DNA of 63,829 nucleotides, counting the filler, from Collodictyon triciliatum (taxonomy: Eukaryota): the NCBI GenBank assembly GCA_043381765.1. It is 8 parts of 8 records of this genome, joined end to end, with 100 filler letters (N's around TTAATTAATTAA, not from the genome) between each part and the next. Parts side by side here need not be neighbours in the genome. Positions count along the whole stretch, not along the records: positions 1 to 9,259 come from JBHJMP010003102.1; positions 9,360 to 18,618 come from JBHJMP010003103.1; 6 more parts are not named here. One strand, 5' to 3'. A model generated the notes under the pieces. That model was not told where the DNA came from and did not search any database. It was given only the letters and a program-made list of their open reading frames with translations. Each line of letters starts with the position of its first letter. Within the stretch, counting starts at the first letter, position 1. A program made the position numbers and the translations under genes. Of this stretch, positions 1-15,400 are shown piece by piece.

Positions 1-117
1 TGTATGTATGTATGTATGTATGTATGTATGTATGTATGTATGTATGTATGTATGTATGTATGTATGTATGTATGTATGTATGTATGTATGTATGTATGTA
101 TGTATGTATGTATGTAT
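1..117. repeat. (TGTA)n microsatellite
   Basis: Perfect tetranucleotide repeat at the window start. Confidence 0.97.
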
Positions 118-1078
118 AGAGTTTTGTTGATGTATTTAAGTGATCTGTAGTTTTGTAAAAATCAATAAGATTCGCACATTTTGTTTCGCACACCCTTGCA
201 GAATAAGGTTCTCCATCAGGGGTCATTTCAGTGTGTCCTCGTAAAGCCATTTATGATCTGTTGGAAATTCTTGGAAATCGTCGCAATAGTTAATAAGAGT
301 AGAACTAATATTTTTCTCGATCACAGCTGATACAATCGAAATGACTTAAAAAAAATGAAAAGAAATGTGACACCGACGCTGGGATTTTTAGTCTCCAACA
401 ATGCCACTGCGCACCCTAAAGCAACATGATTTTTTATCTTCTTCCTTTGCCTCTACTCTAATACTGTAGACACCGTCTGTTTATAGGCTTGGGAGTTAAG
501 ATATCCGCAGGAAAAGATCGGACTTATTCGTTCGTTGTCCATCTGCTGCCGAGTGATCTGTGGGCCTCCACGCCGAAGCGAAAGTAACCGCCAAAAAACA
601 TTCCCAACTCCGACTTGTGCAGTTGCAAGTGAGTGCCTAAAGGTGGTTCTGAGTAAATGGCAAAGGGCAATTGACTCGTAGATAACAATATAAGTATTAT
701 ATATTGTAGTGTTTTTCAATCATATATTTATATATTTTAATTACATTACTCTAATTTGCAAGTAAAAATATAATTTAATTATAAATTCCATAATAAAATT
801 CGGTTCAGAAAACTTTCAATAGTTGTGCTCCAATTTATCATTTTTTTCCAACAAACTGCTCCCTTATTTTGAGACACTATTCGTGCAGAAACATAACTCC
901 AGCGCACAAATCACTCGCAACCCGCTTGCCTTCACTTGCCTGCCTGCTTATTTGCTTACTCTGTCATCACAAAGACGCTGCCTTTAGAGACTAGGCTTCC
1001 CTTTCTTTGTACCCGCCTGGCGGAAAGCCAAGAGATGAAATTGCCGAGCTTTTTTTAATTGAGCGTCGCACACAACAG

Positions 1079-3791
<2,713 letters not shown>

Positions 3792-4203
3792 ATGATTACA
3801 CTCATCAACAACCCCTCCAAATCGCTGCTCTGCATTACCAATGCTTCATGAGGGAAATAAGAGTCTAAAATAAACAACACAATCTGGAATTTTTTCCTTA
3901 TGTATTTTTTTATTATTATTTTTCGCTTACCTAATTAGTTGGTCATGCAAAGTAATTAAGAGACGGGGATTCGTCATACCTACTCCTGGAAGTGTACTGT
4001 TGCGCGAGCCTTTATTGAGGCAAGGTAGTTCATATACACTTGTTTATTTACTTCAGCTGCGTCCTCGACCGCGTCCTGTCAGGTTAAGTTCGTTTGTGAA
4101 TATATGAGAACAATATATCATAAAATGAAAGGAGCAGAATGTGCTAGCAACTTAGAGAAAAGTTCGAGGCGTAAAGTGTACCGAATTAATTGAAGCGTCA
4201 TAG

Positions 4204-5595
4204 CTGATGAAGAGAATTTTTTTTTTTCAAACTGCAATCGGTCTCGGGCAGAGTAAGCCTTTGAAGATATCAATTGTTATATACCAACCACCACTGGACG
4301 TACGGCCGCAACTTATTCGTGAGGAGCTGAAGCCGTTCAGACCGACCCACGTGGATATCAAAAAGGACAATGGCTTCTTCACAGACACGGCCGTGGTGAA
4401 GCTTCTTGTCACAAGAACCAGCTCCCTGCAAAGTTTACAGTCATGAGCAAAAAAGTGTCCAAAGCGCATCCTCAAAGAGCGTCCGCCAGCTGCGAACAAC
4501 GAACGACAAGTAAAAGCCCCGCAAAAGAATACACCTGCCAAGCAGACAAGCAGCAACGGGGTCAAGGAAGCCAAGGCCAGGCAACAACAGAGTCCACAAG
4601 ACTCACAGCAGATACGCGCATACAGCAACAGCGACGATGACATGGGATGAAGTCTCGGTTCCTCTCCAGAATCCTCGCACTCGAGCCAAACACCGCCAAC
4701 ACCGGACAAGCCCGCACATCGCAAGACCCAAGAGCAGCGCATCTCCAAACCCCGAATGAAATCCCCCCTTAAAATACCCATTCAGACTGACGTGAATATG
4801 GTTAACATAGGAGGCCTCAAGGCAGTCATCGTTACTTATCCGAAAGGATACTCCAAAGCGAAGGCAACACAAGAACAAGCACCCACCAAAGATAGTCCGT
4901 TTACCCTGCCCCAGCCCGTCGCACCGAGAACCAAGGAGCAAGAGCAAACACCACAAGTCGAATCCAAGCTTGGAACTCTACACACCAAAGACAGTCCGAG
5001 CAAGCAGGAGCGTATGTTTCTAAAACCACAAACGCATATCCATACTCCAGTTAAGCAAAGTCCACTGCCGGCTACGCATGGTTCCGAAACTAGGGGACGG
5101 TCGAGCGCCACTTCCGATAATTCCAGACAAACAACGATGTATCGCTTTTTGTCAGAGTCGCTCAGCAAGAAACGCAAGGGAAGTAACCCGTTGTCCCCTC
5201 AAAAGACTCACCCTGTGGAATGAAATAGGATGTAAACCTTGTCTGAGATAGACGGTTGAAAGGACTCGTCGGAATCGATTTGAGAAGTAACTGCCATGTG
5301 CGTACTTTCATCGACCCGGCAACTTTATCCGCTCTTCTGTCAGTCTCGAATACAACCAGAAATCGCGTTGGAGCTGATTCACCTCGGGTAGAATAGTCTG
5401 CGTGTGAGAACACTTTCTCTACTTTCTATTTTCTTTTTCTTTTTCGTTTCCTCCTCCCAAAACACAAAAACTCTCACCACACAATCTGGGGTTTTCCACT
5501 GCCTCGTCCATAGCTCATTTCTTGTCCTAGAGGCGAGGGCGGTTTCCTCGGCTTTGTTTTCTCTATAAACTGTTGAAAATAAACCAAAAAAAATA
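4204..5595 (+). mobile_element. Degenerate, internally deleted non-LTR retrotransposon (ORF1/gag-like frame + 3' UTR)
   Basis: One intronless frame 4207-5223 interrupted by TGA at 4444 and 4648. A frameshifted CCHC-knuckle remnant (C-KVYS-H-EQKK-C-P, about 4425-4462) and a low-complexity K/P/Q/S tail ending KKRKGSNPLSP are present. They are followed by a pyrimidine-rich tract, a hairpin-like segment (about 5498-5543) and AATAAA plus an A-rich tail. No RT motifs seen. Confidence 0.45.
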
Positions 5596-6626
5596 AATAA
5601 CAGCCGTGCTACTTTACCACTTACTATTAAAATCGACCTTATTCACTCATCTACCCGACAACTTTAAAGCTACCCAAAAAAAATTACAGATAACAAATGT
5701 AGAAACTTTCTTAAATATACATTTGGAGCCAAATCGGTCTTTAAAAAGCTTTGTTCAGCTGTGTCATTAGGTCACTCAGAAAAGAACTCGACAAAACACG
5801 AATAAAGGATACTCAAACCTATTTTTTCTGTTTCTTTTAAAGTCATCGCATACCGTAGTTTGGAATCATGGTATAGAGATATTGCAAGCACCTGTAAAAA
5901 CATTTTGTCACTTCCCGATGATTTCTTTGAATGGAAAAAAAGGAGAAAAACGCGTCATTCGTCCGCCATCAAAGTTTTCGTAAGCTTTTTTTCTCATGCA
6001 GAGTTAAAATAGACCCTGTCATATAAGAAACATGCCTTTTTCTTCATCCAATCAGTTTTACGAGTTTCCTGTGCATGTCACCAAACAATGTGCTTTTCAC
6101 TATCACAATATCAAAGTGTGGCAGTATTATCATTATTTGTTGCTTTATTGCGTCATGGGCTTTCGCCACCATCAGCACAGAGGCTAAACATTCGCATCTT
6201 TCCCTTCCGTAAAAAAAACGCGGATCTGCGAAGGCAAATAGAGCGCACATGTATATTACTGCATCGCCAGGAGCAGAGACCATACTCATGATAGAGATAT
6301 ACGAACTACATTTGGTTTTCTTTTAGCGTTTTTTTTTTTGGGTCAATATTATAATCGACACAGCATTCGAATTCTTCACATATTATTCTACCCAACACCC
6401 GACCGCCTTCAAATTGGATAATATAAGCGTTGCAGAAGAAAGGGAAGATAATATATTCATCCACTTCTCTCAATTCGTACAAATTGGACATCATTATGCA
6501 ATATGCAACTCTTAATAGAAATGGTACTTGGGGAAATGATTTTATAATTAAAAAAAAGGGTAGCCCATTTTTCAAAGGCTACGATTCCATCTCTTTTGGC
6601 CACGGAGAAAGTGAGAAGAAAGCCGA

Positions 6627-9002
6627 TCATCTACGAGATATGGATTGCATCCCGGTGATTGCATTACCGAGGACTAGCGCGTGTATGTCGCTTGTACCGT
6701 CGTATGTGTTGACCAGCTCCAGGTTAAGCATGTGGCGGATGACATGGTACTCGTCGATGATTCCGTTTCCTGTGAGTTCCAATTGGATGAACAACTAACT
6801 TCACCATATTTCAAATGAAAATCCAGTTCCTAAGAATGAGTTGATGTTACCTCCAAGCATATCCCGTGCTGTACGAGCAATTTCCAGAGCCTTTCCGCAC
6901 GAGTTGCGCTTAATCATGGAAATCATTTCTGGTGTAGCTTTGCCGGTCTTCTTTAAGCGACCAACACGGAAGCATGCCTGGAGACCTATGGAGATTTCGG
7001 TGCTCATGTCTGCAAGCTTTTTTTGAACAAGTTGGTTGCTGGCAAGCGGAGCCTATATTTTTATAGCCTTAGTAAAAAAAAGAAAAAAATAAGAATGAAA
7101 AAAAGAAGCGATAATGCTCGTTGTTGGTTTTTGGCCAACCCCAAAAATTTTCCTGTTCATTGTATACTGACGAGCCTGTCAAGTAGATATTTTCAATGAA
7201 TAAAAATAAAGGTAGATTTGAAATTGTATCGAGATGTTTTGACTATATACATAGCAGGATTATTTTTCATTCAAACCACTTCCATGCAGGCCTCTGCAGC
7301 TCCTAGAGCACCCCATGCAGCTGCGTATCGAGCATCGTGAATGCCTTTATACGGAGCCTGTTCAGTATGCAGATATAATGAAATAATATCAGTTATTAGA
7401 AATTGTCAGTTAGTATGATTGCTATGAAAAATAAATTCAGATGCAAATGATTTTTTATTTATTTATTTACAGCATAGCCTTTGGCTCCAGGGAGGATGTT
7501 TTCCTCTGGTACAAAAACATTATCCATGATTATATTTCCGATAGGCGACTTGGTAAATGAGATAAATTAATGAATGGAATGCGTGGGTAGGCTTGTATTT
7601 AATGAATTAATAGGTAGTTTATCAAACTCAATAGTGGCACATCACTTACGGTTCGGAGGGAGAATTGGCCCTCTCTCGCTGGGGTGGTAAGGCCCTTCAT
7701 ACCACGTTCGAGAATAAAACCGCGTAGCATCGACATGGGATCACTCAGGTCCTTGGCCCAAACCACAAAAACATCGGCTATGGGGGCATTCGTGGCCCTA
7801 ATACAAATTTATCAGAATACATACGAGCACATAATAAACCAGTGTATTTGACTCTTTTCTCAATTTTTCCTTTTTCTTTTACAAGTTAAATATCGCAAGC
7901 AAACATGTATAATAAATAAATAAATAAATCGAGATATAAATACCAAGCTTTTGTTCCGTTGATGATGTACCCACCCTCAGCCCTTCTTGCATGAGTTATT
8001 ATGCCTCCAGGGTCAGACCCAGTGTTAGGCTCTGCAAGTCCAAACGTACCGATAATTTCACCTTTAGCTGTAAGAATTGATATGGAATCATTGAACTTGG
8101 TTACGAAATAACTCAACTTTTTGATTAGGTAAAGAGACAAAGCATTTCAGGAAGGATTATCACAAACATAAACGGGGCAGGTAATTCTCTCGATGTTTTT
8201 CGGTCCCGAAATCATGTATGGAACCCATGACAAGACATGACTGGGTGCTCACAGATTGGCGATATCCCGAGTCGACTCTTTTTTTCAAAACCACCATCAG
8301 TTTATTGGTTTAAATATTCATGTGAAATCATACACATTAACGCGTCGAAAGCTTTGCAAAGGAAATAAATGGAACCGTTCCAAAGCTCGCGCGATTAGTC
8401 CATATGAAACGGTGGAAACACTAGAACAACCATATCCATCGATTGTGGCGCCAAGTATGCCTGCCTCACCAAGATCCTATAAAAAAGAAAGAAGGAAGAT
8501 AACAATAGTCGAATATTACCGCATCATCGTACATGTAAACGTGAAAATAGAGCATTAGGTCAGATTGGCCCACTTTTCTCTCATGGTAGCAGGCAGCTAA
8601 AGATTGCGAACCTTCATCAAATCCTTTTCAAATTGGCAGTCGCGAAAAGCACGCGTGACTCGAGGCAACAAAACGGATTCACACATCTCGTTGGCCTTTC
8701 GAGAGAAATGTTAGGGAACAACATGGTCAACACTGAGAGAATTGTACTACCCAAACGGTGCATGCAGTTAAATATCGTTAAAGCTGATTTTGAATTATTG
8801 TATATACATTAAGGACAATACAAATCAATAATTCACAAGTCTATCTGCCGGCATATATGTGAGCCTTATAGGCTCCAAACATGACCAGCCAATATAAAAG
8901 CTTGATTATGCTAGTACTTACAGCATTGAATATCTTTCGTTCGTCTCTGGTGAGTTGGTTGTGCAGGCCCAGCGCATCCTTGTAATTATACTTTGCATTG
9001 GC
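6627..9002 (-). CDS. GCDH: Glutaryl-CoA dehydrogenase-like acyl-CoA dehydrogenase (5' end missing at scaffold edge)
   Basis: Spliced exons read [12 protein letters not shown]...GATIDGYGC...ARALERVDSGYR...[12 protein letters not shown]...[16 protein letters not shown]...[14 protein letters not shown]...[67 protein letters not shown]. This is collinear with GCDH. No stops or frameshifts were found in the exons read. Confidence 0.88.
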
Positions 9003-9259
9003 TTTTTTTTTTGAATCAAAAATAAAAGAAAAATTATTCACTAAAGAAAAATAATCAGAGTTTTCATTCCCAAATCCTTAAGGCATTCAAGGCAGGGAAT
9101 AAAAAGAAGAGTTTGTTGAATATACTTTTGATTCAGATCATTCAAACACACCCTGGGCTTGCAGTTTGCGCCAAAAAAAAAGAAAAAAAAGAAAAAAAAA
9201 AAAAAAAAGAAAAAAAAGAAAAAAAAAGAAAAAAAAAAGAAAAAAGAAAAAAAAAAAAA

Positions 9260-9359
9260 NNNNNNNNNNNNNNNNNNNNNNNNNNNNNNNNNNNNNNNNN
9301 NNNTTAATTAATTAANNNNNNNNNNNNNNNNNNNNNNNNNNNNNNNNNNNNNNNNNNNN
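9260..9359. other. Artificial scaffold-joining spacer (44N-TTAATTAATTAA-44N)
   Basis: Six-frame stop linker at 9304-9315. The same linker occurs at 18663, 28020, 37563, 46901, 56221 and 61459. Confidence 0.97.
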
Positions 9360-9485
9360 AAAACAAAATTGTAACTACACCTATTTACACCTTTTTTTTT
9401 TTTTTATTCTCCTATTCCTTACATCATCTTTTTTTTTTTTTTTTTTTTTTTATAAATTTCTAAACATCTGCTTATCTGCCCACAG

Positions 9486-12400
9486 ACCGAGCGGCCGTCC
9501 TGAAAAAGGTTGTCGAAGAGCTCCAAATCGAAAAATTCCGCAGCAGACTGGACCCTACGGAGTCCTCGGCGATGATTTACTTCCGCATGAGAGACGATCT
9601 TGTCGACGGAATAAACAGGACACTGTTGAAAGAGTTTAAGCTCGAGGACCTCAGACGCCTCGTCTCCTTGCTCAAAGATGGATACTGGTCTCTCATCTCC
9701 ATCGACGCGTGTCAAAGTATCCTGGAAGGCCTCACAAACGATGAGCAGTATCTTAAGGCGATATTTGACTTGCTCCAAAGAGACAAACATCTCATCAACG
9801 ACAGAATCACTCAGCATCTCCTTTGGAACGGTCTTGTTTGCAGATGGCCAGACGTCTTGAAGTGGATGGACCTGCTCTTCTACTCAAGATACTTCCGTGA
9901 CTACAAGAAGCTACTCGAAGAAAGCTTTCTGCGTTCATTCAAGGCTCGCGACAAGGAAATCTACGATGACTTTAAAAAACACATCCTCTCAATGAAAGAG
10001 TTTTACTCCCTCTTTACGCAAGTGGATGCTCGCAAAGCCTTTGAAAATGCTTTTGTGGCCTTCCTAAGCCTATCCCGAGCTGAAAAGGTCACCAAGTGCA
10101 TCTTTGAGTCGACCAACGAATTCAATCAGCTTCCTGAAACTATGCGTGATGCCGTCTTGGGACACTTGAGTGCTCAATTCTGTACAGAGCCTAAACTAGA
10201 CTCTATCCTGTTCCTGATTAAGGTATGTACAATAACCACTCTATCACCCTCTCCTATGTCCTATTTCCTACGTCCTATGTCCTATGTCCTATGTCCTATG
10301 TCCTATGTCCTATGTCCTATGTCCTATGTCCTATGTCCTATGTCCTATGTCCTATGTCCTATGTCCTATGTCCTATGTCCTATGTTGCCCATTCCCCTCC
10401 TTTTTTTTTTCTTTAAAAAAAAAGCATTATTCTCTTATTTTCCATCTGTTCTGTAAAATCGATTAGATAAAAGTTCTACTTTGAGCACATTTTGAAAGTA
10501 GCAACCGTTTCTTTTCTCTCTTCCTTTTAATTCCCCTCCCATAGCTCGATGACATCACAAACATTGTGGTTGATCGCCTCATGTTTGACCTGGTTCAAGC
10601 CATTCGCCTGCCCCGTGAATTCCCATCGTTTTTGAAGGACCACAATTACTGGCACAGCTTATACGTGAAGCTCAGAGAGTCCAAAGAGAAGCTCCATGCC
10701 AAACTCAAAACTGCAAACACAGCCCTTCACTACCTGGTAACCAGTTTCCAAAAGAGTGTTGATGATAAATCAGCTCTCTTTTCACTACTTGAAGACACTC
10801 ACCCTTACCTGGAGCAAATTGAAGTCACCTTCGGCGCACAATTTTTGGAACAATACAAGGCACTCTACGACGAAATGCAGAAAATGGCACTCATTTTCCG
10901 TCAACTGAAGGAGTTCAACCAACACTTCGTCTTTTCCCTTGGAAACTCCAAAGTTTATGAGGCCCTCGAAACCATTTATACCTCCATCGAGCGTGCTTGG
11001 GGTGGTTTGAATATGGAGTCATCAACAAAGCGCCTTCCTCTTCCCTCTCTCTGGCCTCATCTGCCCATCTTCTCAGATTTCTGTGGGAACCAGCTTGCGA
11101 AAAACATTTGGACAACCTACGCCATCTCCATCAAAGGTACTTCTGAACAGATTCACACTTTCGGAGCAAATCCAGACCTTGGCAAATTGACGGAAACTTT
11201 GCGCTCTCGCTACGTGGAGCCTGTTATCCATCTCTTTTCTGAGTTCCACAAGCAGGTCTCATCCCAAGAAATAGACGTGATTGTCTTTAGACGCTTCATT
11301 GAAGTCGGCAGTGTCGAGAACAAAACTGTCGAAAAAGACCTCCGATCATTAGAAAAGACTCTTCGTTCAAAGAATGTGTCCCGCGCGATGGAAATCGACA
11401 CCCAGGACATCTACCGCCTGGAAACTTACGAGAGAGCAGTTTCTATTCTCCCAGTGTTCCTCAAATTCCTTTCTCATCTCAAGTACGAGATTCCAAGCTC
11501 AGAGGACCACGAGATTCATGTCATCCAAAAAGCATTCCAAGCAACTCAAGAGATTGAAAAGAAGCCATCTACCGTTAAGCCAACGACCTCCACCATTCTC
11601 GACCCACAGTCGGCACTGACAGTTAAGCTGCTTCAAAATCTGTGGCACCGCTTGTTCAATAACTTCGCCAATCTGGAGACATCCCTCTCTCAACTCTTTA
11701 AGATTTCTGAGGCACCGCTTCTGGGCTTCCTGGAGGGACTCAACGGAGGAAATTGGGAGGGAATTTCAACTCTCTTTGAAATGAGTGCAGTTCGCTGCCG
11801 AACCGATATCCAACACAGACTCATCCGTGACCTGCGCTCGTGTTGGCAAGTCTTCTTCCCGATTCTGACGTGGAAGAAGAGTGGAAGCACGAGTTTGAGA
11901 GAACTGGTCGAAAGCCTCACAGACACCCAGGCAAACAAGTCAACCCTTGATGCTGTCAAGGAGGTCTCAGATAACCTCGAAAATATCCAGGCAATCCTCG
12001 AAACAGCACTCACAACACCCTCGAGCCAGGCCATCACTGATATGGAATCCATCATGAAGGTAAGGAAACACAACAACAGGACTAGATAAATGATATCCAT
12101 TTAGCGGTAAGTCAAATAGAACCTTATTACCCCCCCCCCCCCCCCCTTTTTTTTTTTTTTTTTCTCCTCTTTTTTTTCTCTCTTTTTTTTTTTTTTTTTA
12201 ACCCTCTCTGTTTGTTGCCGTTTCGTCTTCTCTCATATACAGGGATATCAATTCCAAATCGTCATGACCAAGGGAAATATCGAGCTGCTTAGCACACATA
12301 TTTCTGATGGTGATGCAAAGGTGTTCCCATACCTTGAGCTCGACACTCTCAGGTCCCGCATTTCGTTGATGTTGTCCTTGGGAAGAGATATCAGTGAGGA

Positions 12401-15400
12401 TAAGGCTGTATCCATGAAGACGCTTGTTGACTTTATCGTCGAAATATTCAAGTATTTCCGGATGATTTCCGACTTTAAAGCCAGCGGCCACCCTGACTAC
12501 CAAGTCTGTTTTCAATTTTTTTTTTTTTTTTTTTTCAATGGGGCCCATTTATCTTAAGCAAAAGTGAATATATGTTTTTTTTTTTCGCTACATAAATTCC
12601 AATCCCCATGAAAATGAATTTTTACCTATGATATTCACAGATATAAGGACTCAAAGAATTTCTGAAAAAGAAAAAACTTTATTCATTTTTTCCTTTATTC
12701 GATTCAAAGTTTAAACCTTTATTCATATTGGAAAATAATAAAAGCCTTTTTTTTTTTTAAAAAAAAAAACTGTATCATAACAAAAAAATTGAACAAATGC
12801 GCAGGAGGGCACTCTTACGTTCAATATGCCATTCGACGCCAGCAAAGTTGAAGAGATTGGTAGAATAGAGCGAGAGAAATTCAGAGATCTGGAGGGTGTT
12901 ATTCAAAGCCTTCGCAAAGAGCACTACATCATCAACTTCTTCACCACAAAGCAGCTGTTTGCCATCATGAACACAGGATTTCCTCAGCGTATCCCTGACA
13001 ACGAGGCCTTCTACAAGTTCATTCAGCGAGTTCTTCCCTTCTCAACACACGAAGCCACCAAGGAACACACCACAAAGATATTGCAAGGTTTCGCAACCCA
13101 GCCAGAAAACTTTTCTGACCGAGTCATTCACGCTGTGCGGGCATTGGAAAAGTTTAAGGAAATGATCACAGACACACTCCCCAAAGACCTTGAATTACAA
13201 GACCGCCCACTGGACTGGGCATCCCTTCGCCGTAATGAGCCTAATATTCTTTACTCACCGGATGTCAAGACTGTGCCCATGATTTGCATGTCCATCTACT
13301 ACGGTCTTTTGAGCCGCGCACCCACTGCAGATGAAGTACTTGATTGTACCCCCGGGACAACATTCGAGCAGGTGCAGATTTTCTTATATCGCTGTTTCCA
13401 GAGATATTCGGAACGCCACAGCGTCTACATGCTGCTGGAGCCCGAAAGCCTGCCGCTCGACATCCAACAGGCGATCGTACAGTTTTTCAAAAACGAGATG
13501 CCTGGTTCGTTCTCTTCCTATCTGATTTTTGTGTCCAAAGAGAAAGAGAAGCAGCCCCTGCTCACAGCCTTTTCCAAATGCCGTCGCAACATGCCAAGGT
13601 CTGCTTATGACGAGGAAACGTTGAAAAAGGCCTCCGAATTTCTGTTCAATGATAGCCAAATCAACGTCTCCATCCTTACAAGCGAATCTCCTGGCTACGG
13701 AAAAACCTTTTTGGTGAAAAAGAGATACATGGAGTTAGGTGGAAGCTTTGAATCCATCCAAATTAACGGCTCTGTTACAGTGACGTATCTCATCGAGCAG
13801 CTGACGCAAAAGCTCTCTGCTGAGCCCAGACTCGTCTATTTTAACCTAGGAACGACAACTATTCAGGAAGTCGGTAAAATCTTTTTCTCTCTCCTGATTC
13901 TACGCTCGTTGGAGGACTCAGAGGGGCATATATTCCACCTCGACAAGCCTTGCGTAAGTACATAGAGAAACGTAAAAACGAAAGGAAAATATCCAATACA
14001 CATACATGATCTGCCAAGTTATATTACTGTGCAAGCACAAAATCCTATTCATCTAACGTTTGATTTGATACAGCACATCTTTATTGAAGTTCCCAACATG
14101 AACCATGGACTCACACATATGGCCATGCATTTCCTATCACTGCTTCCACTCATCAATGTGAAGTTACCATTGGATGTCAGCATGGACAATCCAGACCTGG
14201 TAGTGAAGCTCAAGTCTGGTTATCCCCAAAACATCATCCAGTATGTCTGTAAAACCATTCAGGCCTTCAAGAAAGAGGAGATTCGTNNNNNNNNNNNNNN
14301 NNNNNNNNNNNNNNNNNNNNNNNNNNNNNNNNNNNNNNNNNNNNNNNNNNNNNNNNNNNNNNNNNNNNNNNNNNNNNNNNNNNNNNNNNNNNNNNNNNNN
14401 NNNNNNNNNNNNNNNNNNNNNNNNNNNNNNNNNNNNNNNNNNNNNNNNNNNNNNNNNNNNNNNNNNNNNNNNNNNNNNNNNNNNNNNNNNNNNNNNNNNN
14501 NNNNNNNNNNNNNNNNNNNNNNNNNNNNNNNNNNNNNNNNNNNNNNNNNNNNNNNNNNNNNNNNNNNNNNNNNNNNNNNNNNNNNNNNNNNNNNNNNNNN
14601 NNNNNNNNNNNNNNNNNNNNNNNNNNNNNNNNNNNNNNNNNNNNNNNNNNNNNNNNNNNNNNNNNNNNNNNNNNNNNNNNNNNNNNNNNNNNNNNNNNNN
14701 NNNNNNNNNNNNNNNNNNNNNNNNNNNNNNNNNNNNNNNNNNNCAAAAAAAACAAAAAAAAAAACAAAAAAAACAACAAAAAAAAAACAACAAAAAAAAC
14801 AAAAAAAAACAACAAAAAAAACAACAAAAAAAACAACAAAAAAAACAACAAAAAAAACAACAAAAGAAACAAACCTTTCCGATTACCATAGATGCCAAGG
14901 TATTCTGGACGAATTTTGCCCACAAGACAGACCATTCCAAATCAACTTTGTCAAGTTCTGTTTCTACCAAATGGAACTATTTGAAACAAGTGAGTATTTG
15001 GGACCAAACAAGCTGCAGGGATACACAAGACTCCGATCTGATATCATCAAAGTGCTCCTCCGCTCCTCGATTGACTTTTCTATCAGTTGCTTCGATCGAA
15101 ATCTCTTCACCACTGGACAATACACGGAGGCGAACCCATACGACACCTTCCAGCTCAAGCGGACATGGACAGACTCTAAGCACCCACTTGTACTTCTCAA
15201 TCACAAGGGTGCAGGCTCATTCAGAGTTTTGGTTCCTCACGACGACGAGTTTTATCGCCCGATTCTAAAGACTTTGGACGATTTGCGCTTGAAGCCTATT
15301 GACCTCAACAAGATTGTAAAACAACAGGCATACGAGGAGCTTTCCATTTTGTTTGGTGAGACAGTTGAAAAGATCAAGGCCACAGCAGAACAAGCCGGGA

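Noticed and set aside
190..720. Possible minus-strand exon(s) upstream of CatSper2 (e.g. MALRGHTEMTPDGEPYSAR|GT)
   Set aside because: No recognisable homology and no consistent splice model.
6044..6575. Short ORFs between the retroelement relic and the GCDH 3' end
   Set aside because: No motifs and no coherent exon chain.
9304..9315. Regularly spaced TTAATTAATTAA palindromes as a biological repeat or CRISPR-like array
   Set aside because: Each is centred in exactly 44+44 N. It is a synthetic six-frame stop linker.
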